Below, piece by piece: positions 46,426 to 55,836 of a DNA stretch of 64,000 bases (the stretch's first letter is position 1; each line of letters opens with the position of its first letter). Location: sequence record PQ464595.1, one strand, 5' to 3'. The position numbers and the translations under genes were made by a program. The notes under the pieces are model-generated. The model saw nothing but the letters and a program-made list of their open reading frames with translations. It was not told the origin of the DNA and searched no databases.

Positions 46426-47157
46426 TTAGAATAGTTGAACCATACCCATCAGTACTGAATCATCAGGACGTGAATATGATTGTTTAGCAATTTTGAAATA
46501 GAATGAATCTGCGTCTTCTAAACAGTATCGCTTCTTCAAACATCTCGTATAAGTTGAATTGTTTGGGTGAACCCATTCGTAAACCTGAATTCCTTCATCG
46601 TTATATCCAACTATACTTGTACGGTTTCCCTCATGTCTATTGAAGTTCTTACTACGTTCAGTGAAATACTTCACCTCAACCATAGTCGGTTCTTCATAGA
46701 CATAAGGCATTTCAGTTAGACGGAAGTAATAATGTGATTCATCCTCTGAATAACCCACTAAGATAGTCTCTGTTGTAGAAACTCCATAGTGTTCTAAACT
46801 TTTAGATTCATTATCCTTTACATCCTGAAGCACCTCTCTTAGTACTTCAACTGGATCACCATTTGGATTGGTTACTCCAGAAATCCTACGTTCAATAATA
46901 GGATCGGTATATCGTCTTTCTTCCTGAACTACACCGTTCATGAAATGACCAACAAAATCATCCTTATATGTTTTAACGGAATATTGAGTACTGTTTAAAG
47001 TACTGAATACATCTGCCAACATATTAGCTTGTCCACACTGTACACCATCTACACTTCCAGCAGTTGCGTATTCTGCCATAACGGAAGTCAATGTTTGAAA
47101 GTTCGACATATTGAGTTCATTAGCCATTTCTGTTGCAAATTTAATACGATCAATCAT
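46426..47157 (-). CDS. Hypothetical protein
   Basis: ORF track; SD AGGAG. Confidence 0.75.
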   Translation of the reverse strand: MIDRIKFATEMANELNMSNFQTLTSVMAEYATAGSVDGVQCGQANMLADVFSTLNSTQYSVKTYKDDFVGHFMNGVVQEERRYTDPIIERRISGVTNPNGDPVEVLREVLQDVKDNESKSLEHYGVSTTETILVGYSEDESHYYFRLTEMPYVYEEPTMVEVKYFTERSKNFNRHEGNRTSIVGYNDEGIQVYEWVHPNNSTYTRCLKKRYCLEDADSFYFKIAKQSYSRPDDSVLMGMVQLF

Positions 47158-47197
47158 CGCACCACACTCCTTGTGAATAAATCTGCTTGTTACTCCC

Positions 47198-48301
47198 TTA
47201 AGATTTTGTTCCTATCAATCGCATCTTACCTGTTGCGTGATAGTTAACTACGCTGCGTGTTACTTCAACATCAACGTATTGTATCAATCCATAAACATAC
47301 CCGTCATGGATCATCCACGAACGAACTTCAGATTCATCGTATATTGCGATTATCCCTCGGTTCTTATCAGTGGCTTTAATTTCTACTTCTTTACCATCAC
47401 TTGGGAAATTAGTTCCAGTTAATGGATCATGATAGAATGTCTTTCCATTTATATCTTGTTTCTTCAAACGATGGAAAATAAGAGTTCGTTTCTCATATGG
47501 ATTACCAGCAATCAAGAACATAATCTGGTCGAATGATGGAGCAATAATTTCACTCTCAGGTAATTCATATACCTTATCAAGCATATCTAATGCCGCTTCC
47601 ATAGTGAACGGTACTTCCTTGTTGAACAAGTCAGATACTTCTACACCATAGAAACCACTCAACTGATCAATAAGCTTTTCCCACGAATCCAGATTCAACA
47701 TACTACAAGTTAACCCAATCTTAAACATCTCTTTACGGTTAATGGTATAACCACGATCAATGTATTTCTGAACACGTAAAGTACTCATAATAGGATAACG
47801 AGTATGTTCATTGAAGGTCAAACGCCGAGCAGCAACACTTTCCAGGAAGTACGGATGGATAATGAAGTCTTCAGTACTGAAATCAAACGCAGCCATGTTA
47901 ATATGGAAGTCGTAGCTTTCAAAGATTTCTTCAGCATTCTGGAAGTACGCGAAGTGGATTAACTGGATAGTATTACTATTTTGAGTGAAAGTGATACTAC
48001 GGGCAGTCTGATTCTGGCATGTAATGTTAAATGCATTTTCGAATTTTACTTTTTGTTCATCGGTTAAGACGTACAGATCTTCTTCGTTTTCAGTACTGCC
48101 ATGCTTTTTATAAGCATTACGAATGAATACAATCATGTCTTCCTTTGAACGAAAATACACATCGAAATCATTGATCTCAGACTGACTAAACAAAGAAGTG
48201 ATGCTACCACCAGCGATGATAGCATTTGATTTTTTAAGAAGTGTAACCATATCTTCTCCGAGGATACGGAGAAGAATAGTCTTATAGCGTTCGTATTGCA
48301 T
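47198..48301 (-). CDS. Nucleotidyltransferase (CCA/poly(A)-polymerase-head-like)
   Basis: IIAGGSITSLF...INDFDVYF; YDFHIN; RVQKYIDRGY. Confidence 0.75.
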   Translation of the reverse strand: MQYERYKTILLRILGEDMVTLLKKSNAIIAGGSITSLFSQSEINDFDVYFRSKEDMIVFIRNAYKKHGSTENEEDLYVLTDEQKVKFENAFNITCQNQTARSITFTQNSNTIQLIHFAYFQNAEEIFESYDFHINMAAFDFSTEDFIIHPYFLESVAARRLTFNEHTRYPIMSTLRVQKYIDRGYTINRKEMFKIGLTCSMLNLDSWEKLIDQLSGFYGVEVSDLFNKEVPFTMEAALDMLDKVYELPESEIIAPSFDQIMFLIAGNPYEKRTLIFHRLKKQDINGKTFYHDPLTGTNFPSDGKEVEIKATDKNRGIIAIYDESEVRSWMIHDGYVYGLIQYVDVEVTRSVVNYHATGKMRLIGTKS

Positions 48302-48996
48302 TAAATCCCTTTGAGGCGGTTTACCAATTGTTCTGCGGTATAAGTTTTCTTACGTTCAGCTTCCTGATCACCAATGATAGTCAGGAACTTGCGAATAGTA
48401 CGAACTTCAGTCATCAACATGAATTTCAGTACTTCATATACTTCACGTTGATTGAAGTTGCTTTTCGCTTTATGCATCATATCCAGGAAGTATTTTTCTA
48501 CTTCGTTACAGTACTCGGCAAGTTTCTCATTGCTGAAAACACCTACGGCAGTACTTAGATTATGAATGCGGTCGATCAGTTTAACCACTGAGCATACTTC
48601 ACATTCAGATACACGGTTGAAATAACCATAGTACAGATCTTCGTCATGAGAGAAGTCTTTGAACTTCGCAAGACGATGACTGAATTGAACAGCATCAGGG
48701 AACATCTCTTGTAGTACTGGTTGAGTTTCAGGATAGTCTTCAATGGTATCATGTACAATGATAGCCATATAAACGGAATACGGATCAATCAGTGAGTTAT
48801 GTAAACTCAAACCGAGTGAAAGCATTTCCAACTGATGTGAAAACTCTGGAGTACCATCACGGCGTTGATTACTATGTACACCTTCAGCGTACACAATAGC
48901 ACGACGAACGTTAAAGTAACGTGCGTCAGAAAGAGTCAACCCTTCAATGATGCCGAGGATTTTAGTACGAAGTTTGGTATATTCAGTCTTTTCCAT
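48301..48996 (-). CDS. HD-domain hydrolase, SpoT/Mesh1-like
   Basis: HSNQRRDGTPEFSHQL...IVHDTIED...VKLIDRIHNL. Confidence 0.8.
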   Translation of the reverse strand: MEKTEYTKLRTKILGIIEGLTLSDARYFNVRRAIVYAEGVHSNQRRDGTPEFSHQLEMLSLGLSLHNSLIDPYSVYMAIIVHDTIEDYPETQPVLQEMFPDAVQFSHRLAKFKDFSHDEDLYYGYFNRVSECEVCSVVKLIDRIHNLSTAVGVFSNEKLAEYCNEVEKYFLDMMHKAKSNFNQREVYEVLKFMLMTEVRTIRKFLTIIGDQEAERKKTYTAEQLVNRLKGI

Positions 48997-49381
48997 TGTT
49001 CTTATCCTTATATAAGGCAGAGTTGTTTTGCTCTTTAAGTTTATGTTCTTTTAATAACATCTTACGAATAGACTTGATCTGTTTAGCAGAAATATGTGGA
49101 GAAGTACCCCATTCTACTTTACGATTATCTTCAGCTTCATCGGTTCCAGCTTGTTCTTTCATTTCTTGCATTAAACGTTGAATGTTTTCATTACGTTCTC
49201 TGCATTCTTTTTCTTCAATAGCAACTGGTGAAGAAATAGTTAAAGTACTACCATTCGAATCAGATATAATTACTGAACCACCCTGACACAATTGTTCAAA
49301 CTGAGCAGGGGTGATAATGATATTACTTTGAATACTTCCTGAAGTTATTTCTTGACCATTTTCGTCTTCACGATAGATCAT
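48983..49381 (-). CDS. Hypothetical protein
   Basis: ORF track. Confidence 0.65.
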   Translation of the reverse strand: MIYREDENGQEITSGSIQSNIIITPAQFEQLCQGGSVIISDSNGSTLTISSPVAIEEKECRERNENIQRLMQEMKEQAGTDEAEDNRKVEWGTSPHISAKQIKSIRKMLLKEHKLKEQNNSALYKDKNNGKD

Positions 49382-49593
49382 TTTTTATCAGCCTTGTTCA
49401 GAATATCTTTAATTAATGATTTCAGTTTTGCTGCTTCAGTTGTTAAAATCTCAAGAAGTTCATCAACGGATTTGTCCTTAAATTGATTTAAGTAATCCCG
49501 ATCTTCTTTCTTATGGTCACGCATTTGTTTCTCCAATGAAAAAGAGCGAGATATTCTCGCTCTAATTTTACTTATGTCCACCTTCAGTGTCAT
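49378..49593 (-). CDS. Hypothetical protein (true start probably downstream)
   Basis: ORF track. Confidence 0.5.
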   Translation of the reverse strand: MTLKVDISKIRARISRSFSLEKQMRDHKKEDRDYLNQFKDKSVDELLEILTTEAAKLKSLIKDILNKADKK

Positions 49594-50134
49594 CGAGATT
49601 CAATACATCCACTTTAGGATGACTGAAGTCTTCGAAGATGAAGTTATTTCCTTGTCCAGTTACCATCAGGACAAAGTTCTCTGCTGGGGTGAACTCTGGT
49701 TCTTCGCCAGTTTGTGCTCCAATCAGTTTCTTCAAACGTGATACCGCTTCTTCAAACGCAGCAGGATCAATGAAGTCCATCATGAAGTGAGCAAACTCAC
49801 CTTCGCGATCACCAAAAGTACAATTCAGTTGCTGACCACAACCTACACGTACCCATACATCTGAACCGATTTTGGATTTGGCCTCTGCGTAGATCGCAGC
49901 AATCACTTCATGATGACGATCAATCATCAATTCACGTGCTTCCAGGCATTCCAGAATGTACGATACATCTGCGTCGATTTCATAGTCGCCCATGTCATCT
50001 ATAGTGTATTGTACATTATCATGGTACAGGCTGTACATGTAGTCACCATCTTTCCAGTTACCCCTTACGGTGCGTGGAATGATACCCATACGCAAGTACT
50101 TCGCGAACGTTTTAGTCATACGACTTTGCGGCAT
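49568..50134 (-). CDS. Hypothetical protein
   Basis: ORF track. Confidence 0.75.
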   Translation of the reverse strand: MPQSRMTKTFAKYLRMGIIPRTVRGNWKDGDYMYSLYHDNVQYTIDDMGDYEIDADVSYILECLEARELMIDRHHEVIAAIYAEAKSKIGSDVWVRVGCGQQLNCTFGDREGEFAHFMMDFIDPAAFEEAVSRLKKLIGAQTGEEPEFTPAENFVLMVTGQGNNFIFEDFSHPKVDVLNLDDTEGGHK

Positions 50135-50167
50135 AGTTAATTTCCTTTTAGGTGTGAAAATTTAATC

Positions 50168-50458
50168 CTACACATTTCCTTCTATGCTGTCAAGGAAATT
50201 TTGCATTTCATCAACAGTTAAAGAATCAGTGCATAAAAAATCCATCAGCCCTGGCAGTACTGCGAACATGTCAGAGAACGTCTGTACCTCGTCCTGCTTG
50301 AATGAAAAGCCCATCGGTACTACTTGGGTCATCCACTCTCCGCTAATCTTGTGAGCCGTTACAGCCATTAATACTCGGTCATTATGCTCTACTGAGATAT
50401 GTCGGTATCCAGTACTTTCATTTTCATCCCAAAACATACGTTTAGTCTTGAAGATCAT
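50168..50458 (-). CDS. Hypothetical protein
   Basis: ORF track. Confidence 0.65.
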   Translation of the reverse strand: MIFKTKRMFWDENESTGYRHISVEHNDRVLMAVTAHKISGEWMTQVVPMGFSFKQDEVQTFSDMFAVLPGLMDFLCTDSLTVDEMQNFLDSIEGNV

Positions 50459-50991
50459 TTTACACCCATTAGTTTACTTATTTCGTCGAAGTACTTTTTG
50501 TTCCTACCAAATGAACCATAGGGCATAAGGGAACAGAACTCACCAAAGTCTTTGTCCAATATAGACTTGCGAACATTAGTACTGCTAAATTTATTGTCAT
50601 CCCTCTGACCAGCACATACAGAAGTAATGCTATCAAAGTTATACAGTAATCCGTTGTACTTGTCAAGGAGCTTTTGAAATTCAAATGACCTGTCAGAACC
50701 ACCAACAATGATTATATCACTATAGGATTCATCAAGTTCTTCTAGTATTCCAAACAAAGTACTACTATGTTCTTCCTGAATGTATTGTGCCGTCCAAGGA
50801 TAATAATCTTTCATCATATCTAATTTGAACTGATACGGAAGAACATTAGTGTCATTCTCTGTAGTACTAGAATATATTTTAAGTTCAGAATACGGATTGT
50901 TCTTATGAATAGTTAATGCTGTATTCAGAAGTTTACCGTGCCCTTGATGGACGGGGTTGAACCGTCCAAATGTCATTACGCAAGTCTTCAT
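50455..50991 (-). CDS. Cytidylyltransferase-like (HxGH) nucleotidyltransferase
   Basis: TFGRFNPVHQGH, VGGSDR, SSTNVR. Confidence 0.85.
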   Translation of the reverse strand: MKTCVMTFGRFNPVHQGHGKLLNTALTIHKNNPYSELKIYSSTTENDTNVLPYQFKLDMMKDYYPWTAQYIQEEHSSTLFGILEELDESYSDIIIVGGSDRSFEFQKLLDKYNGLLYNFDSITSVCAGQRDDNKFSSTNVRKSILDKDFGEFCSLMPYGSFGRNKKYFDEISKLMGVK

Positions 50992-50994
50992 ATT

Positions 50995-51540
50995 TTACTC
51001 AGTGTATGGTTGAACTACAAACCCAAGACTTTTCAGTACTTCAATCTTTTCTTCAGTAAGATTGTTATCATAGATAACTAGCATACTTGGGAATGGAGCA
51101 CCGGATTTTTTATGTGAACCATCTTCTGTCCACGAAGGTAAGCTCCGGTTATCGAATTTTAAACGACCTTTCACAAAACAAATTGCGGTTGCTGCTGTTG
51201 CTACGAACTTGTGGAAGTAAGTAGTATCAGTACGTGCTGGTGGTAGAGCTACGATAGTAGTACCGTTCTCTGTAAATTCCTCATGCATCTTTTTGAACCA
51301 TTTACTGATTTCTCGACCGTAAGGAGGATTACACCAAACAGTTTCGCCTTCCCATGAATGTGCTAGGCCGTCTGTTTCAGGTGTGTAGTACTTCTCACAT
51401 TTTGCTGTATCATCCATAGCAGCAGGATCTAGTGTGAAGTTCCATACAGCATTTAGTTTCTCATAAAAATCATCTGGAGTATCCCAGGTATTTGATGCTG
51501 AACTAAAGTGCACAGATTGTGTATTCTTTTCTTCTTCCAT
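50995..51540 (-). CDS. Phage DNA N6-adenine methyltransferase (lambdoid Dam-like)
   Basis: WDTPDDFY, FTLDPAA, VWCNPPYG, PARTDT, GRLKF. Confidence 0.9.
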   Translation of the reverse strand: MEEEKNTQSVHFSSASNTWDTPDDFYEKLNAVWNFTLDPAAMDDTAKCEKYYTPETDGLAHSWEGETVWCNPPYGREISKWFKKMHEEFTENGTTIVALPPARTDTTYFHKFVATAATAICFVKGRLKFDNRSLPSWTEDGSHKKSGAPFPSMLVIYDNNLTEEKIEVLKSLGFVVQPYTE

Positions 51541-51555
51541 GAAGATTTCCTTATG

Positions 51556-52083
51556 TTATAAACTACTATAACAGTACTGAGTAATATAATCGAAGTCAGT
51601 ACTCTTTCGTCCTGATTCATCTACGAACCTAAAATAATGACCGTACTTAGCCATTATGTTAAACATCTCGTCCTCACGAAATTCGTAGTACTTGAAATTA
51701 GAAACATCATCCGTATATCCAATGAACCTGATTATGTCATTAGTTACGTCAATTCCATTGACAAAATATTTCCTGTCAAGTAAATCTCCTTGAGCAGAAT
51801 ACTTCTGGTATTCACCATAAAGTTTCCCATCAAAGCGGTATGAAAGATTACTTACGCGATTATTATTGTACCGTTCTTCTATGTGTCCATTGTATTCAAC
51901 CATATGAATAATTGGCGTTAGCGTGGGTCGGTAATCTATCTTTGCTAGTACTTCATTGTACCGCATTTCAGTTACCTTACTAATCTTATTGTGGTCTATC
52001 TGAATACGATAGCCATCAAAATTATTCAAATCTACGGAGTCCATTACGTCTCCAGTTGTCTTGCACTTGTATACAATTTTCAT
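51556..52083 (-). CDS. Hypothetical protein with MORN-like repeat
   Basis: DGKLYGEYQKYSAQGDLLDRKYFVNG. Confidence 0.65.
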   Translation of the reverse strand: MKIVYKCKTTGDVMDSVDLNNFDGYRIQIDHNKISKVTEMRYNEVLAKIDYRPTLTPIIHMVEYNGHIEERYNNNRVSNLSYRFDGKLYGEYQKYSAQGDLLDRKYFVNGIDVTNDIIRFIGYTDDVSNFKYYEFREDEMFNIMAKYGHYFRFVDESGRKSTDFDYITQYCYSSL

Positions 52084-52121
52084 TTACATCTCACATTCTG
52101 AATCAGTACTTAGCTGATTCA

Positions 52122-52705
52122 CATTATACAAGGAACTACCTTCGGTAGCTCCAGTAAATCTCTTCTGAACTTCACTTACGTTACGTTCTTTTGAGATTTA
52201 CGCTCTCTTACTTAATATACGTTCAGTACTATTACTGACGAGATTTGTTGACGCATTTTCATCCCCCCGAAAGAGGAACGAATTAATCTGACGATGATAG
52301 TCATAGCAATTTCATGTCACGAATTTCTTATTAGAGCGGAAGCGGGTTGTCCTGTTTCTCCCTATCGCGGTTCTTTACAACGGTCGTAGTCTTACTACAC
52401 TTAATACAATAGCCACATGAACAGCATTGTACTTGTCAAAATTTGGACGGATTTATATTGTATAAATCAATCGCCAATTTTAACTCCCTTATACATTAGG
52501 TAGGTGCGATCCTATATGTCTATCTAGGCATGAACTTATGTAGTACTGTCATGCTTTATACAGCCGCATTGCCGTGAGTGGTACAAACTATGCCAACATC
52601 TAACGGGTTTCTTTTGCTGTTCGTACTGAATGAACTACTCAACTGATATTCTACTTTTCGATTATCAGGGTCAAAACTATCCTTGTTCTCAAGGTCATTC
52701 AGAGT
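52122..52705 (-). ncRNA. Candidate large structured non-coding RNA (about 580 nt)
   Basis: ORF-free on the gene strand; about ten predicted stems; G-U wobbles and a UUCG loop favour the minus strand; early promoter upstream. Confidence 0.5.
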
Positions 52706-52749
52706 TTTTCTCAATTAAAAAAGGACGGTGCTCTCGCATCGTCCTATAC

Positions 52750-52779
52750 ATTATAGCACAAAATTTTAAAACGTTTCAC
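52750..52779 (-). promoter_or_regulatory. Early promoter GTGAAACG-N-TGCTATAAT
   Basis: Same class and spacing as 17699, 27385 and 55491. Confidence 0.7.
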
Positions 52780-53560
52780 CGGAAATCTGCATCATTTGCC
52801 AACACAAAGCACCCATTAGCTTTAAACCAGAAGTGTGATTTTCTTTGTTTTCCATAATGTCTTTATCATCATTCATAAAGAAGTCAAAGGTTTTCATCAC
52901 GGCGGAGTACTGTAAAGAAGTACCAGTGTATTGAATCTTGTCCGTGTCCTTTTCTATCATCCCATTAAAGAGCAAATCTATGAAATTAGTTTCACGTTCA
53001 AGAATGTCAGTAATTTCTTTGAACAAATAATTCTTTTCATACGAAATGTACTGACGTAATTCATCCAGTACTTGAGAATAGAAATTATCAGGGCAGGTAT
53101 AAGTGAAAGGTTCGTCTTTTTTAACACGTTCTGGATAGTAATTGAAGAAGTGTTCAGACTCATTACCATTTATGAATCCACTAGAACCCCTTGCACGATG
53201 TTTAGTATCACCAGACCAGGTTGCCATGTAAGCATTGTACTGAGTATTACCGAAACCAATCTTAAGTGTTTCTAAGTTATAGGTACAGTACGAGTACTCT
53301 GCTACGCATAATGCTTCAAGCTGAAACATTGCTGCGTCTTCTACGTTAATGAGAATTTCACGTGTGAAGTACGAATTTTGTGTGTACTGAGATTCACGAT
53401 TAAGTTTTCTGGCAAGTCCAGTTTTTAAACGGTCAAATGAAACAATCTCAGGTACTTTATAGTTGTTATGTGATGAACCTGTTTGACGCTGGGAACCTGA
53501 ACTCCCAGCAACACGAAAGTCTCCATCATCATTGTAGGAAAGGAAAAACCTTAAAAACAT
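52766..53560 (-). CDS. Hypothetical protein
   Basis: ORF track; TAATG coupling. Confidence 0.75.
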   Translation of the reverse strand: MFLRFFLSYNDDGDFRVAGSSGSQRQTGSSHNNYKVPEIVSFDRLKTGLARKLNRESQYTQNSYFTREILINVEDAAMFQLEALCVAEYSYCTYNLETLKIGFGNTQYNAYMATWSGDTKHRARGSSGFINGNESEHFFNYYPERVKKDEPFTYTCPDNFYSQVLDELRQYISYEKNYLFKEITDILERETNFIDLLFNGMIEKDTDKIQYTGTSLQYSAVMKTFDFFMNDDKDIMENKENHTSGLKLMGALCWQMMQISGETF

Positions 53561-54315
53561 TAATCAATCTCTTGTAAAGTTACATTACCTTCTTGGTCAA
53601 TAGTACTGGTATACATGCTGCCAGTACATTCATCATCCATAAGCTTCTGTAAAATCAAATGACGGCGTACCGCTTCTTCGTACTTACCAGTTACTTGACG
53701 ATCTTCTGAAGGTGATAGTTGTGGGATGTGAATATCATAATCGAACTTAGTATTACGTAGTTGAACAGCACGTTCAAGTTTACCTAAATTGGTTTCACCA
53801 AAACTACGACTAAAGTTCTTACGATTTTCATCAATAAAATTAAGTACACCACCATACGCAATGATATTAACAGTCTCATTGTTTCCAGTTAATGTATAAG
53901 AATTACGATTCCAATAAGGACGTATTTGGTAACGGTATTCAAGAGAACGTATTCCCTCAACAACACCTTCCAAGTCCACGCATGGAATGTAGTCAGATGG
54001 TACACGACAATCGAAGGTCGTGGTTTCTTCACCAGTACTAGTACGATAACCAGTACATGGTAGTACTAATGACGCTTCATTAATTGTATTACATAAAACA
54101 TTATGAAGATACATAGCACGTTTATTGTGGAATTCATTAATTTTTGGTTGAATAAGTTCTTCGAACCATACTTGGTACTGCTGATTCCTGTACTTATCAT
54201 TGAACAAATCTTCATAATTTAAGATCCCAAGTAACTTGGGATCAATATTATTTCCAATGTTCATGATTTCAGTGTACGTGGAATGTTGATAATCTATGAA
54301 CTCTTTAATCTTCAT
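53560..54315 (-). CDS. Hypothetical protein
   Basis: ORF track. Confidence 0.75.
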   Translation of the reverse strand: MKIKEFIDYQHSTYTEIMNIGNNIDPKLLGILNYEDLFNDKYRNQQYQVWFEELIQPKINEFHNKRAMYLHNVLCNTINEASLVLPCTGYRTSTGEETTTFDCRVPSDYIPCVDLEGVVEGIRSLEYRYQIRPYWNRNSYTLTGNNETVNIIAYGGVLNFIDENRKNFSRSFGETNLGKLERAVQLRNTKFDYDIHIPQLSPSEDRQVTGKYEEAVRRHLILQKLMDDECTGSMYTSTIDQEGNVTLQEID

Positions 54316-54662
54316 TATTCGTTCTCAATACGTTCACGTGCCTTTTTGATACTACTACCAAGTAGTAAAAAGATACCAAAAGGCCATAGGAAAAATCCAA
54401 CAAGAGTATAAGCCAGAGCGGGTAGTGTAGTCATGACTATTACTTCAATCCACGAATCACTATCCGAGTTAGGCCATTGCCAGTACTGTACGCCGAAATA
54501 TGTTTGAATTTTTGATGGACGTACATACTTAGAAGTATATAACTGGCGAATGTATTCAAAACACGCACGTAGGTGTGATACAAACACGTATACTGAAAAC
54601 AATGTTCCTATGGAAAAATAAGCAATAGCAAAGTACAACATAAGATAGTTCCTTATACGCAA
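54315..54662 (-). CDS. Membrane protein
   Basis: Two hydrophobic segments, FLWPF. Confidence 0.65.
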   Translation of the reverse strand: MRIRNYLMLYFAIAYFSIGTLFSVYVFVSHLRACFEYIRQLYTSKYVRPSKIQTYFGVQYWQWPNSDSDSWIEVIVMTTLPALAYTLVGFFLWPFGIFLLLGSSIKKARERIENE

Positions 54663-54682
54663 AAAGGGGCATTATGCCCCTT
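54661..54682 (-). terminator. Rho-independent terminator
   Basis: AGGGGCA-TAA-TGCCCCT + U-tract. Confidence 0.7.
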
Positions 54683-54685
54683 CTA

Positions 54686-55045
54686 TTAATGGTTAGTACT
54701 GTAAGCGTAAGCTGGACGTAAAAGTTCTTGTGGGTTGATTTCAGGTTTCAGTACTGTAACTTTAACTTGATAATCTTCACCAGTAACAGGATGCTTATGC
54801 GTCTCGAAGTAAACACCTTCAATGAATGTTTCGTATTCTTCTTGAGAACGAGAAACTACTGAAGATGCGAACTTTTTACGACTTTCAGTTTTCATAGTGA
54901 TGCTGACAATTTCTACAATTTCTTCAGCATCACTGTATTCGTTATCAACATTATCTGAAACATCAGCGTCATCGTGAAGCACTTTACGTACTTTTGGTTC
55001 TTCAAAGTTTTCGAACATGTTGAATTTGTCATTTCCGTTTGACAT
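54686..55045 (-). CDS. Acidic hypothetical protein
   Basis: ORF track; SD AAGGA. Confidence 0.7.
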   Translation of the reverse strand: MSNGNDKFNMFENFEEPKVRKVLHDDADVSDNVDNEYSDAEEIVEIVSITMKTESRKKFASSVVSRSQEEYETFIEGVYFETHKHPVTGEDYQVKVTVLKPEINPQELLRPAYAYSTNH

Positions 55046-55068
55046 AATAATCTTCCTTGAGTTTTTGT

Positions 55069-55461
55069 TTATTCTGCGGTGTATTCGGTAATTGCTTCTT
55101 TCAGCATTTGAATACGTTTCTCAACGTCTGCTTTAGCAACAATCTCCGGTACTTCTTCGTTCAACTGCTTACATGCTTCCACCAGGAATTCGTAATCAGT
55201 ATCACAGTTTTCATGAGCTTGCGACAGGGCTTTCCAGTCGTTCGAGATGTTCTCATTTTCATCTTTGTAATGAGGCCACAACTTCCCGTACTGATCAACT
55301 GACTTCCCGTATAGTACACGTACTGCGTTGAAAATCTGACCAATAGTGAAGTGCTTAGTACGGGTGAGGTCTTCTACGCAACAAAGCATATCAGTACCAT
55401 CTTTCCTGATTAGTACTACACCAGTAATTGCCTTTAAGTAACCCGAATGTGATGTGTTCAT
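55069..55461 (-). CDS. Hypothetical protein
   Basis: ORF track; own early promoter. Confidence 0.7.
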   Translation of the reverse strand: MNTSHSGYLKAITGVVLIRKDGTDMLCCVEDLTRTKHFTIGQIFNAVRVLYGKSVDQYGKLWPHYKDENENISNDWKALSQAHENCDTDYEFLVEACKQLNEEVPEIVAKADVEKRIQMLKEAITEYTAE

Positions 55462-55490
55462 TTTATAACCCTCTCGTTTTAGGTGTGTAC

Positions 55491-55520
55491 ATTATACCAC
55501 AATAATTTATTCCGTTTCAT
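55491..55520 (-). promoter_or_regulatory. Early promoter ATGAAACG-N-TGGTATAAT
   Basis: Same class and 18-bp spacing. Confidence 0.65.
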
Positions 55521-55836
55521 CTTTTGTGTCGGAATAATCTGTACTTAACATTTTATGCCATTCGCGAAAGTCTGTCAATAGCAGATAGAAATTATCTTCA
55601 TCTTCTTCATCCATCACGTGTGCCAGGGCGAACATATACTTAGCCGCATTCGTTTCATCCATCTGAATTGATGAATTAAAAATACGTTCCATAGCAGCCT
55701 TGTAGTTCGGTGCTTCAGAGATGTATATAGTACTGCCATCGTGGAACTGAACTTCTTCAGCTATACGAGGTTTCCCACGCTTACCTAACCAGATATACTT
55801 AGGAGCATCGTCAATGAACTTCAATTTACGCTTCAT
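55507..55836 (-). CDS. Hypothetical protein
   Basis: ORF track. Confidence 0.65.
   Translation of the reverse strand: MKRKLKFIDDAPKYIWLGKRGKPRIAEEVQFHDGSTIYISEAPNYKAAMERIFNSSIQMDETNAAKYMFALAHVMDEEDEDNFYLLLTDFREWHKMLSTDYSDTKDETE

Noticed and set aside
52250-52530. GACTA and GATAGTC-like words suggesting group I intron R/S elements
   Set aside because: The order and strand are wrong, and no interrupted flanking gene was found.
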